Notes: generated by a model not told the origin, from the letters alone. Numbered from the stretch's first letter, positions 1 through 7,903 are shown. The stretch is 9,674 nucleotides of DNA from a virus (IMGVR_UViG_2548876938_000003:1-9674), one strand, 5' to 3'. Numbers and translations: made by a program.

Positions 1-287
1 CTGATGACATACATGCCGTAAATCATGCCGGTGCCATCCAGCAACGGCCACGCCCGGCCTTCATCTGCCATCAGCCTGAGCGTGGTCATCGTCAGCTTTC
101 CGCCGGTCAGTTCGGGATAAAGCACACCGGCAAGCGTCATGTTTTCCTCGCCAACACCGAGAAACTGGTAGGCATCCCGTTTACCGATACGGGAATTTGA
201 CGGCCAGCGATAATCTGATTCACGCTGCATGGTCTGGTGTGGCAGCGTCTGGCGCATAAAAACAAACATACCTAACGCGAGCATCAT
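1..287 (-). CDS. U: Tail protein gpU (P2 U-like), first 95 codons; 3' end lies beyond the window start
   Basis: Minus-strand tandem ATG ATG at 287-282, preceded by a strong SD (AAGGAGGTGA) that overlaps the gpT stop codon. Translation reads MMLALGMFVFMRQTLPHQTMQRESDYRWPSNSRIGK... for the ~25 codons translated by hand, matching my recollection of P2 gpU; the remainder to the window edge is assumed open. Absent from the ORF track because there is no in-window stop. Confidence 0.85.
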   Translation of the reverse strand, partial: MMLALGMFVFMRQTLPHQTMQRESDYRWPSNSRIGKRDAYQFLGVGEENMTLAGVLYPELTGGKLTMTTLRLMADEGRAWPLLDGTGMIYGMYVI

Positions 288-301
288 TTTTAGTCACCTC
301 C

Positions 302-2749
302 TTAACCGTCATGCATCATGCTGGCACGGGCGCGCGCACGTTTATCCCGCTCGTATTTTTCGAGCGCATCCTGTAACTGGCGGTCGAGCTGTGTCCCCGG
401 CGCAGTACCACCCGTCAGGCTGATGTGATATTCGTTTTTACTCTGGTCTACATAAGAGCGGCCAGCAGGTGCAGTGACCGGCTGATAAGCCTGATAACCT
501 GCATAAGAGCTGGTCGCCGGAATATAACCACCGCTGCCATACGTGGCGGCTTGAGTTCTGGCGGCGGTCTGGTCAAGTGTGTCTGACTCTTTGTTGATAA
601 CACCGAGTTTTTCCAGTACCCAGTCAATACCACTGCGCAGTTTGTTGAACGCATTAAGCGGCAGCATCAGCGCGTCAGCCAGTGCCTGCCCGAACATGAC
701 GCCCGTGTCACGGCAACGGTTCAGGGTGTCCTGGGTGGCTTTGACCGGGGCAATCAGGTTTTTAAACCACTGCCACGCGGCCTGTAACTTTTCGCCCAGC
801 CAGTCAAACACCGGCTTCAGTGGCGTGAACAGTTCCCCCACCGGCGCAAATGCCGCTTTCAGCCCTTCAACCACACCGCCAAAGAATGCGCTGACAGGCT
901 CCCAGTATTTACGGATAAGCAACGCCCCGGCGACAATGGCGGCCACCACGGCCACAACCGGCCAGCTAATCGCCCCGATGGCCGTCATAACAGCACTGCT
1001 AACCGTCGTGAAGATTGCCCCCATTGCGCCTGCTGCCGCGATAATGGCATTGATGCCGGTGATAACCGGCCAGGCTACAAGACCAATGGCACCGATGATG
1101 CCAATAAGCGCCAGCGCGCCACCGACAATGAGGCCGATGGTTGACGCCAGTGATTTGTTTTTCTGGATCCAGCCGTCGAGTTTTAACACATACTTTGTGG
1201 CCGTCTGCGTGAGCTTACGCAGTGCGCCTTCCTGCTGGTCAAACAGGTCAGTCCCCACCGCCTCATAAGCGGACTGAAACTCCTTAAAGTCACCGCCGAG
1301 GTTATCCTGCATGATTTTAACCAGCTCTTCCGTTTTACCGTCCGAGGCTTTCAGCGTGGCGGTCAGCGTATCCAGTTTTCCGCTTGCTGCCGCTGCCAGT
1401 AAAACGTTCGCTGATTTCAGGGCTTCCTCACCAAAAATGGTTTTAAGGTATTCCCCCTTCTGAGACGTTCCCAGCTTATGCTTATCAAAGCTGGCCTGAA
1501 TCTCTTTCAGAATGGTGAACAACGGACGCATATTTCCCTTTTTGTCCGAGGTTTTAACGCCAAGCTCTTTGAGTGCATCCCATGCTTTTCCAGTCGGTGC
1601 CTGTAATCGGGTGACAACGGCACTGCTACCCGTACCCGCCATTGACCCCCTGATGTTATTGTCATGCAGCACACCGGTCATGGCCGCTGCCTGCTCAAGA
1701 CTTACACCTGCCGTCCTCGCAACCGGGCCGAGGTAAGTCAGTGCATCACTGAGTCCCTGAAAATCAGCCGCCGACTTATTCATCGTTGCCGACAACACGT
1801 CGCCCACATGGCTGACATCATCATTTGACAGTTGAAAGGATGCCTTAGTCCCCAGCAACAATTGCGCGTTTTCTTCCATCGACCGCTGGTTTGCCAGTGC
1901 CATATTCAGTGTGACCGGCGTTGCTGCCTGAATAGCCGCAGCATCTCCACCCGCTTTCGCAATGATAATCTGTGCACCGGCTGCATCATCTGCCGAGGCT
2001 GCGGTATTGTCGCCGAGCTGGCGCGCCTGCTTGCGGAGTGCGGTCATTTCGGCGGAGTCTTTTGCCACTCCTAGCACGGCCTGCAATTCTGAGTTTTTCT
2101 GCGCAAACTCATAACCGGGCATCAGCAGCTTAACACCGGCCATCGTTCCCGCAGCAGCAATCCCCACACCGGCAGCGCCCACTGAGGCCATATTTCCTGC
2201 CAGTTCCTTTCCGGCCTGATAACGCTGTTTTACTGCGTTAAGTTTTGCCTGTTGTGCACTGACACGCGCCAGTGCGTCGCGCTGACGGTTAAGCTGTGCG
2301 GTGGTTTCACTGATACGGTTTTTCAGCCCCTGCTCATCATGTGCAAGATTGCGGGTATTAATTCCCACAGCGGCCAGTTCCCGCTGCTGGCGTTTAACGG
2401 AATCCGTCAGGCGGTTATATTTCGCCTGTAAGTCCTCCGCCGCACGCTTTGCGGATTCCAGCACTTTCGCCTGAGCACGGGTCGGACGTTCGGTGTTTTT
2501 AAACTGTGTGGCAAGGGCTTCGGCTTCCTGCCGAGCCTTTTCAAGTGCATGACCAGTCACGGCGAGCTGTGCACTGGTCTTGCGAAATCCCTCAATACGG
2601 GATGCCTGACCGTTCAGCTCGCGCAGTGATTTTTGTGTTTCCCGGATATCCCCCGACAGCGACTTACTCGCTGTGCGGATGGATTTAAACGGGCGGGATG
2701 CCTGGTCAACAGCCCTGAGCAATACCTGTAATTTTACATTGTTACTCAT
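302..2749 (-). CDS. T: Tail tape measure protein gpT (815 aa)
   Basis: Complete 815-aa ORF. The N-terminal half is rich in A/Q/R/L/E (coiled-coil character). A long central Gly/Ala/Ile-rich hydrophobic block (LASTIGLIVGGALALIGIIGAIGLVAWPVITGINAIIAAAGAMGAIF...) is typical of tape measure proteins. It lies immediately downstream of the E/E' frameshift chaperone pair; the ATG at 2749-2747 sits 3 nt downstream of the E' stop (2742-2744 lies inside T codons 2-3). Length equals the P2 gpT length I recall. Confidence 0.93.
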   Translation of the reverse strand: MSNNVKLQVLLRAVDQASRPFKSIRTASKSLSGDIRETQKSLRELNGQASRIEGFRKTSAQLAVTGHALEKARQEAEALATQFKNTERPTRAQAKVLESAKRAAEDLQAKYNRLTDSVKRQQRELAAVGINTRNLAHDEQGLKNRISETTAQLNRQRDALARVSAQQAKLNAVKQRYQAGKELAGNMASVGAAGVGIAAAGTMAGVKLLMPGYEFAQKNSELQAVLGVAKDSAEMTALRKQARQLGDNTAASADDAAGAQIIIAKAGGDAAAIQAATPVTLNMALANQRSMEENAQLLLGTKASFQLSNDDVSHVGDVLSATMNKSAADFQGLSDALTYLGPVARTAGVSLEQAAAMTGVLHDNNIRGSMAGTGSSAVVTRLQAPTGKAWDALKELGVKTSDKKGNMRPLFTILKEIQASFDKHKLGTSQKGEYLKTIFGEEALKSANVLLAAAASGKLDTLTATLKASDGKTEELVKIMQDNLGGDFKEFQSAYEAVGTDLFDQQEGALRKLTQTATKYVLKLDGWIQKNKSLASTIGLIVGGALALIGIIGAIGLVAWPVITGINAIIAAAGAMGAIFTTVSSAVMTAIGAISWPVVAVVAAIVAGALLIRKYWEPVSAFFGGVVEGLKAAFAPVGELFTPLKPVFDWLGEKLQAAWQWFKNLIAPVKATQDTLNRCRDTGVMFGQALADALMLPLNAFNKLRSGIDWVLEKLGVINKESDTLDQTAARTQAATYGSGGYIPATSSYAGYQAYQPVTAPAGRSYVDQSKNEYHISLTGGTAPGTQLDRQLQDALEKYERDKRARARASMMHDG

Positions 2750-3169
2750 TCGTGTTTCCGCTTCGCCGGAGCGCCTTTTCGCGCCATGTGATGAGTTCGG
2801 TCAGGCTCATGGGATACAGTTCTGATGGCGGCCAGTGAAATATCACTGCCACATCCGCCATCAGGTCATCGACCGAGAGATTTTTCGGGAACGTCACTGC
2901 ACCGAGTTCGGCGACAAAAAACCGACCACCTTACCGGCCAGCGCCACAAGGTCAGGCAGTTCCAGCGCGGCGACTTCCTGCTCGGTCAGCATCGGTGCCG
3001 TCATGCGCGGCAGCACTTTAATCAGTGCATCGACTTCGGAGTTTGCAACCGCAGCCAGACTGACACCGCGCAGCGTCCCGGCGTTAGGTTTCATCAGCGT
3101 GACCTGTTCGATAACCTGCTCACCACGTTTGACCGGATTGTCCAGGGTAATGACATTTTCTTTGTTCAT
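2742..3169 (-). CDS. E+E': Tail assembly chaperone gpE+E' (142 aa), made by programmed -1 ribosomal frameshift at 2915-2921
   Basis: Hand translation of the -1 frame after the slippery site gives VAELGAVTFPKNLSVDDLMADVAVIFHWPPSELYPMSLTELITWREKALRRSGNTNE, then TAA at 2744-2742, which overlaps T codons 2-3 (ATGAGTAAC). 85 + 57 = 142 aa, the length I recall for P2 E+E'. Confidence 0.8.
2894..3169 (-). CDS. E: Tail assembly chaperone gpE (91 aa, zero-frame product)
   Basis: ORF MNKENVITLDNPVKRGEQVIEQ...KVVGFLSPNSVQ, ATG at 3169-3167, TGA at 2896-2894. Position between tail tube and tape measure genes. Contains the slippery heptamer 7 codons before its stop. Confidence 0.9.
   Translation of the reverse strand: MNKENVITLDNPVKRGEQVIEQVTLMKPNAGTLRGVSLAAVANSEVDALIKVLPRMTAPMLTEQEVAALELPDLVALAGKVVGFLSPNSVQ
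2915..2921 (-). promoter_or_regulatory. -1 programmed frameshift slippery heptamer T_TTT_TTG (mRNA sense)
   Basis: Plus strand reads caaaaaa at 2915-2921; the reverse complement is TTTTTTG in X_XXY_YYZ register with the E frame (GGT TTT TTG). This is the conserved tail-chaperone frameshift of P2-like and lambda-like (G/GT) phages. Confidence 0.8.
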
Positions 3170-3197
3170 GGTTTTCTCACTTCTGAATCGGGGTTAA

Positions 3198-3218
3198 CCG
3201 GTCAGCCTGGCTGACCGG
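3198..3218 (-). other. Perfect 9-bp GC-rich stem-loop (ccggtcagc-ctg-gctgaccgg) in the FII-E spacer
   Basis: Inverted repeat read directly from the sequence, 8 nt downstream of the FII stop and about 28 nt upstream of the E start codon. No U-tract follows on the transcribed strand, so it is not a canonical intrinsic terminator. Confidence 0.5.
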
Positions 3219-3225
3219 ATGAAAA

Positions 3226-3744
3226 TCACAGGCCGATATTGCGGCGGTGTTGCTCCAGCCGGTCGACGCCGTTCACCTTCTCAATCATGTTGATGGTGTC
3301 GATTTCGACCAGCTCCTTACCGTCCATCGTCAGCCGGAAATAGGTGCAGACCACGGAGATTTTCGACTCGGTGTCTTCTCCCTGTTTCCCCTCGCCGGTG
3401 TCGATTTCTTTCTGACGTCCACGCATGACCACCTCGACGGCCACCGTTTCGCCGGTATCGTCGCGCTGGTAAGAGCCTGCAAAACGAATCGGCACGGCAT
3501 CCACACCGGTTGCGGCGTAAAGCTCCCAGATAACCGAATCCGGGAAGCCCCCGAGCGACCACTCCATTGACAGCGCATCGTCATCAAGGCCGAGGTCTAC
3601 CGGTGCGCTGCCGTTCATCCCCGCACCGCGATAGTTTTCGAGCTTACGGGTCAGTTTTGGCAGCGTGACGGACTTTGCAACGCCCTGATAGCTGTAGCCG
3701 TTCAGAAAGACGTTCATTAACTTGAGTTTGCGCGGCATTGCCAT
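3226..3744 (-). CDS. FII: Tail tube protein gpFII (172 aa)
   Basis: Complete ORF MAMPRKLKLMNVFLNGYSYQGVAKSV...; ATG at 3744-3742 preceded by SD AAGGAG, which overlaps the FI stop. Length and sequence match the P2 tail tube protein as I recall it. Confidence 0.93.
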   Translation of the reverse strand: MAMPRKLKLMNVFLNGYSYQGVAKSVTLPKLTRKLENYRGAGMNGSAPVDLGLDDDALSMEWSLGGFPDSVIWELYAATGVDAVPIRFAGSYQRDDTGETVAVEVVMRGRQKEIDTGEGKQGEDTESKISVVCTYFRLTMDGKELVEIDTINMIEKVNGVDRLEQHRRNIGL

Positions 3745-3756
3745 CGGTCAGGCTCC

Positions 3757-4566
3757 TTAATTGCTGTTAACCGAAGTGACCAGATTTGCCAGGTATTTAT
3801 CGGTAATACGCTGGCGCAGGGTCAGGTTTTCGAGAGGAGGCACCGGGGTATAGTCGTAGTCGATATACAGTTTTCCGGCCTTGAGGGTTTCCGCATCGTT
3901 GGATTCTTCGCTGAACCAGCAGGTCGCATCCACGATATAGCCGTTTGTTTTCAGCTCACGGAATTTGGCATTGATGCCGTCAACGATGTCGCGAATCAGC
4001 GTTGCGGTGATGGGCTTGTCCACTGCCCACATGTGCGCCTCAGCCATCGTGTCGGCCAGCACCTGCGCGGTGCGGGTGTAGTTTTCAAAGAGGAACAGCG
4101 GGTCATCGGAGCAGGTACGGTTACCCCAGAAGCGGAAACCGTCGCGGCGAATCAGCGTAGTGACGCCTGACTCGTTAAGCAGGTCAGCATCGGTGCCGGA
4201 CTCCTGCAAATCCCAGAAGACGGATGCGCTGATGCCGGTAACACCGTTCACCCCGACATTGGACAGCGTTTTATGCCAGCCCTGCTCCTGGTCGATTTTA
4301 GCGCGCAGACCCAGCGCACGGGCGGTGGCATACGCGGTGGCGGTGGTACTGGTGACCGTATCCCATGCGAGGAAATCCGGCCAGATGACCATCAGCTCAC
4401 GCTGGCTGAAATTCTGACGGTAGGCTTTCACCTCGGAAATGGTTTTACAGCCCCATGCGCTGATATACCCGAAAGCACGCAGCTTCTGACAGACTGATGC
4501 CAGTGCAACAGCCACCTCTTTGGTATCCAGTCCCGGCACGCCGAGAATACGCGGTTTAACACCGGT
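3757..4566 (-). pseudogene. FI: Tail sheath protein gpFI, 5'-truncated remnant (C-terminal ~269 codons only)
   Basis: Sheath-like sequence starts abruptly at ...[26 protein letters not shown]... and runs to ...[12 protein letters not shown] with TAA at 3759-3757. The ORF-track start at 4614 is a GTG, and its first 15 residues ([15 protein letters not shown]) are the gpV coding sequence read out of frame. P2 sheath is about 396 aa as I recall, so roughly 125-130 N-terminal codons are missing. Confidence 0.85.
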
Positions 4567-4834
4567 TATCGCCGGAATAAATCCCCGGCAGAACGAACGC
4601 CGTGTCGAGTTCACCGCCCACGGCCAGAATCAGCACCTGTTCCCCCACGGAAGGTGCCCACCATGTGCGCGAACGTCCGGCGCGATGGGTCAGCCACTGA
4701 AGCCAGTCGGTGCACATGCCGCCGGTCTGCACACGGCAGCGACCGGCGTTAAGGTCGGTTTCGACGATAATGCCGGTGCGGATCATGTTGCGCAGTGCGC
4801 GCGCGAGTTCCTGAATATTTGCGAGAGTGTTCAT
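4556..4834 (-). pseudogene. V: Baseplate spike/assembly protein gpV, N-terminal 89 codons followed by an out-of-frame RC-stop
   Basis: [90 protein letters not shown] matches the gpV N-terminus. The frame then reads R-C-stop (TAA at 4558-4556), which lies inside the sheath-derived sequence. Full-length gpV is about 211 aa as I recall. Confidence 0.85.
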
Positions 4835-4845
4835 AACGGGAAGGA

Positions 4846-4869
4846 TGCCGCCGGGTCATACCGGCGGCA
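4846..4869 (-). other. 9-bp stem / 6-nt loop hairpin (tgccgccgg-gtcata-ccggcggca) between the S stop and V start
   Basis: Inverted repeat read directly from the sequence, 12 nt upstream of the V ATG (4834). Not followed by a U-run. Sits where the late promoter PV and V translation-initiation signals are expected. Confidence 0.4.
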
Positions 4870-4900
4870 ATGTGACGATGAGGTGTCGGGAATGGCACAA

Positions 4901-5323
4901 CTAACGGTCGAGGTGAGCCAGGATAATCTCTTCAATCATCTGCACATCCTCACCGGTAAAGCCGAGCAGAGGACGCGCCGGATAATCAATTTTCTTACCG
5001 TCTTTCCGGTTTTCTTCCGACAGACCGAACTGATGCACACTGGCGATTTTCGGCGACTTCCCGCCGTAAAATTCCATTGATGCCTGCTCCGGGCTGGCGC
5101 GGATATGCAAAAAACGACTGGTAATAAGTTTCGCAAACATTTTTCGCTTAACGCGACCGGTCTTTTTTCTGGCGCTCTGCTGCTGGCGTGGTGCGTAGGG
5201 TGTGCCGTCCGGGGCTTTCTGTGCCATCACCCGGCGCTGCTGACTCTGCCGCAGACGTTTCGCCAGTTCGGCGCTCAGTCGCCGACGCCCTGACGGTGAC
5301 AGCGATTCAATAAGTCCGGCCAG
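4901..5323 (-). pseudogene. S: gpS-like tail completion / virion morphogenesis protein, 5'-truncated and lacking its native start
   Basis: The frame reads ...RLAGLIESLSPSGRRRLSAELAKRLRQSQQRRVMAQKAPDGTPYAPRQQQSARKKTGRVKRKMFAKLITSRFLHIRASPEQASMEFYGGKSPKIASVHQFGLSEENRKDGKKIDYPARPLLGFTGEDVQMIEEIILAHLDR with stop at 4903-4901. Assignment is from motif memory (HQFGL, YPARPLLGF) and position immediately before V. Protein-like sequence in this frame continues upstream into the 3' end of the M ORF. The only in-frame starts are GTG at 5230-5228 and ATG at 5227-5225 (the ORF-track 109-aa call); there is a stop at 5371-5369. Confidence 0.6.
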
Positions 5324-5913
5324 TCGAGCTGTGTCGCACGTTGCAGGTGAGCCAGCGCACCGGCGGCATCACCAGCGTCACGCAGAAACAGACCGGTGAT
5401 TTTGTGCAGCTTTGCGCGCACTTCATCAGGCATGTCTGCCGTGGCGGTCAGTGCAAGGGTCTCCGTCAGCAGGCGGGTATCCACAGACTCACCGGCAGCG
5501 TGGGCGCGCATGGCCGCGAGCGCCACCTCCTCGGTGAACATGTACGGCGGGGTGCGGCGGTGTTTACCCGGCATGGTCAGACCGTACTTCAGGGCATAAC
5601 GGGCAATCTCCAGCGCACCGGCAATATCGCCGGTATCCAGACGCCACAGCATGACCGTCATCAGAATGTCATCCTGTGCACCTTTGCCCTGCTCCAGCAC
5701 GCCGTTCACCCACGGCAACCAGAACGGCAGCAGTTCGCGTTTTTTCGCGGCCTTCAGCTCTTTTGAATAAATCGCTTTCAGTGTGCGCTGGTCTGCGGCC
5801 AGCTTGACCAGCATCTGCTCATAGACAGTTGCATGTCGCAGCGGGGCGGCGTCCCGCTGCGCGGTCATCGCTGCCGAGACCCGCATCATGTGGCGCTGTG
5901 CGGGACTCGTCAT
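5275..5913 (-). CDS. M: Terminase small (endonuclease) subunit gpM, apparently 3'-truncated (212 codons; aberrant C-terminus WPDLLNRCHRQGVGD)
   Basis: MTSPAQRHMMRVSAAMTAQRDAAPLRHATVYEQ... with ATG at 5913-5911, 3 nt downstream of the N stop, and SD GGGAG. After ...HLQRATQLD the frame reads through sequence that is coherent in the S frame, and stops at 5277-5275. P2 gpM is about 247 aa as I recall. Confidence 0.8.
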   Translation of the reverse strand: MTSPAQRHMMRVSAAMTAQRDAAPLRHATVYEQMLVKLAADQRTLKAIYSKELKAAKKRELLPFWLPWVNGVLEQGKGAQDDILMTVMLWRLDTGDIAGALEIARYALKYGLTMPGKHRRTPPYMFTEEVALAAMRAHAAGESVDTRLLTETLALTATADMPDEVRAKLHKITGLFLRDAGDAAGALAHLQRATQLDWPDLLNRCHRQGVGD

Positions 5914-5916
5914 CGG

Positions 5917-6990
5917 TTACGCTCCCGGCTCTGCGGTCACTTTAGTCGGTGTGGAGAAGTCACCGACCTTAATTTTTTCCACCAGGCAACCGGCGGCGTA
6001 GTCTTCCACCACGTAATCAATGTTCATTGACTCGTAGTTCTCCACGCGGTCGAGTTTCGGGTTTTCCTCAATCACGCGGCGATGGCTGTCATCCATGTAG
6101 TAGATGGACAGGTTTTCCAGCTTCGTGATGAGCATCGCATCCGCCGGGAAGTACGGGACGCGTACCGCTGGCAGGTTGCCGATGCGTTTCTGGCTGATGA
6201 TGACGTCAGCGGCCAGCATTTCGCTGTTGTCCTGCTCCTTGTTGACGATGGGGAAATACTTGTCCGCCAGTAGCTGACGCCCCACAATCACCACAAGGTC
6301 AGGGTCTTCCTGATACCACGGCTCAATCAGGTTGTTGGTCGCATCCATCACCAGTGCGTCAAGGCTGGCATAATCACCGCCCTTACCCACGCGGATGACC
6401 TCAGAGGTCGTGTGCCCTTCCTCGTCAGTGACCTTGCTCATCACGCGCGCCGGGGCTTCATTGCGGTATTTCTGCAGCCAGCCGACCGCCACATCCTGCA
6501 ACATCGGATTACTGCTGCGGTCAGAGGTTTCGGCACGCCTCACGCCGTTAAAACCGGCCATGATGAAATCAAGGGACTGGCGTTTGATAATGGCGTTACG
6601 GACACGGAGCTGGAAATCCTGATAACGCGCCCACAGGTCCAGCGTTTTGTAGCGGATATAAAAATCGAAGTTAATCTGGTCGCATTCGTACTTGTTTGAC
6701 GCCAGCTTCGAGAAGTCCTTTGGCTGACGCTCGGTGCCACCGGCGGTGTCGGTGGTGCTGGCGATGGAGCCGGTGACACCGATGCCAATTTTTTCCCCTT
6801 TCATTTCGCTGACCGGCACAATGTTGATGCGGGTCAGAAAGTCAGAGGACTCCTGCATGGTGTTCATCAGGGTCTGGGTGACCGACGGTTCAACGGTGAA
6901 TTTTTTCGACACATCACCGGCGTCGATGCCGTTCAGTTCGGCAACACGGGACAGGTAGGCATTAAATTTAAAGCGGGTTTCCTGGCGCAT
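5917..6990 (-). CDS. N: Major capsid protein precursor gpN (357 aa)
   Basis: Complete ORF MRQETRFKFNAYLSRVAELNGIDAGDVSKKFTVEPSV... preceded by AGGA SD; TAA at 5919-5917. Canonical position between scaffold O and terminase subunit M. Length equals P2 gpN as recalled. Confidence 0.93.
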   Translation of the reverse strand: MRQETRFKFNAYLSRVAELNGIDAGDVSKKFTVEPSVTQTLMNTMQESSDFLTRINIVPVSEMKGEKIGIGVTGSIASTTDTAGGTERQPKDFSKLASNKYECDQINFDFYIRYKTLDLWARYQDFQLRVRNAIIKRQSLDFIMAGFNGVRRAETSDRSSNPMLQDVAVGWLQKYRNEAPARVMSKVTDEEGHTTSEVIRVGKGGDYASLDALVMDATNNLIEPWYQEDPDLVVIVGRQLLADKYFPIVNKEQDNSEMLAADVIISQKRIGNLPAVRVPYFPADAMLITKLENLSIYYMDDSHRRVIEENPKLDRVENYESMNIDYVVEDYAAGCLVEKIKVGDFSTPTKVTAEPGA

Positions 6991-7048
6991 AGTTTTTCCT
7001 GAAATTAAGGGTTAATCGTGAAGGTTTTCCCGGACTGACTGACGCCGG

Positions 7049-7903
7049 TCAGCAGTTCGTCATCAGGGCGTCACCGCCACCGCCGGTGGCTTTGCTGCGG
7101 CGCTGCTGGGTCAGACTTTCGGTGTGGTCGAGACTGTTTTTCAGGCGGGTGAATGCCTGACTGGTTTCATCCGCCCTGTCAGTCACATCCTGCTTAAGTG
7201 CCGAAAAGGCGGTTTCCATCTCAGCAAGGCGCTGCTCAGTGGCGCTCAGTTTTTCCTGCACATGCTCAGCGACAGCGGTCACCGCTTCATGCACGTCATT
7301 CAGACGGGCGTCATCGCTGGCCTGTTTGCGGCCAAAAATGGATTTCACCTTTTCGGTCAGGGCGGTGAACACGGTTTCAGGCAGGTCTTCAAATTCCAGC
7401 TCAACAGGCGTTGCCACTGAAATCAGGTTTTCAGGGCTTAATTTGAAGCGGTTCAGAGGGTTGTGTTTTGCCGTGCGGCAGAATTCCAGGTATTCCGTGC
7501 CGAGGCTTGCCGGGTCATCGGTGACGGCCAGCCCCACCAGATAACACTTGCCGGTGTTGGCAAAGTTCGGCTGAATTTCCATTGAGGTATAGACCTTCTG
7601 CGCGGCCTTGTTCATCGCGATAAGGTCATCGGTCGGGGTGATTTTCGCAAACAGCGCCCATTTGCCTTTCAGCGCCGAATCGTCGTCAATCTTTTCGGCC
7701 TTCAGTTCGGCCACATCGCCATAACGTTTAAAAATACCGTCAGGCAGGATGCCGCGCAGATGTTCCAGGTTAATGCGGCAACCATAGACACGCGGGTCAA
7801 AGGTTTCGGCCATTTCCTGAATATCCTGCGCACTGATGACACGCCCGTCACAGGTGTCACCCTCAACGCCGATACGAAAGAATTTTGAGACTTTTTTTGC
7901 CAT
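7049..7903 (-). CDS. O: Capsid scaffolding protein gpO (284 aa)
   Basis: MAKKVSKFFRIGVEGDTCDGRVISAQDIQEMAETFDPRVYG... with coiled-coil-like C-terminal half. True start taken as the ATG at 7903-7901 (SD AGGA 6 nt upstream), not the ORF-track upstream ATG at 7969. Divergent from P, as in P2. Confidence 0.9.
   Translation of the reverse strand: MAKKVSKFFRIGVEGDTCDGRVISAQDIQEMAETFDPRVYGCRINLEHLRGILPDGIFKRYGDVAELKAEKIDDDSALKGKWALFAKITPTDDLIAMNKAAQKVYTSMEIQPNFANTGKCYLVGLAVTDDPASLGTEYLEFCRTAKHNPLNRFKLSPENLISVATPVELEFEDLPETVFTALTEKVKSIFGRKQASDDARLNDVHEAVTAVAEHVQEKLSATEQRLAEMETAFSALKQDVTDRADETSQAFTRLKNSLDHTESLTQQRRSKATGGGGDALMTNC

Noticed and set aside
579-1268. 229-aa plus-strand ORF (and other plus-strand ORFs at 1512-1736, 1832-2074, 2506-2688) inside the tape-measure gene
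   Set aside because: Antisense to a well-supported 815-aa gene; Ser/Ala/Thr/Pro-rich low-complexity translation typical of the wrong strand of GC-rich coding DNA; no ribosome-binding site.
4561-4566. ACCGGT (AgeI) palindrome exactly at the V/FI junction as a sign of in-vitro engineering
   Set aside because: A single 6-bp site is expected by chance. No other cloning scars or vector sequence are present, and the second junction has no such site. A natural deletion is more parsimonious but cannot be proven from sequence.
4567-4614. GTG-initiated N-terminus ([15 protein letters not shown]) of the 285-aa sheath ORF
   Set aside because: These codons are gpV coding sequence read in the sheath frame; they are not a genuine sheath N-terminus, so the locus is called a truncated remnant.
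4520-5080. 186-aa plus-strand ORF spanning the V/S region, and 3247-3570 (+) and 3317-3587 (-) ORFs over FII
   Set aside because: They overlap recognisable minus-strand phage genes in other frames; arginine- and proline-rich composition and no ribosome-binding sites.
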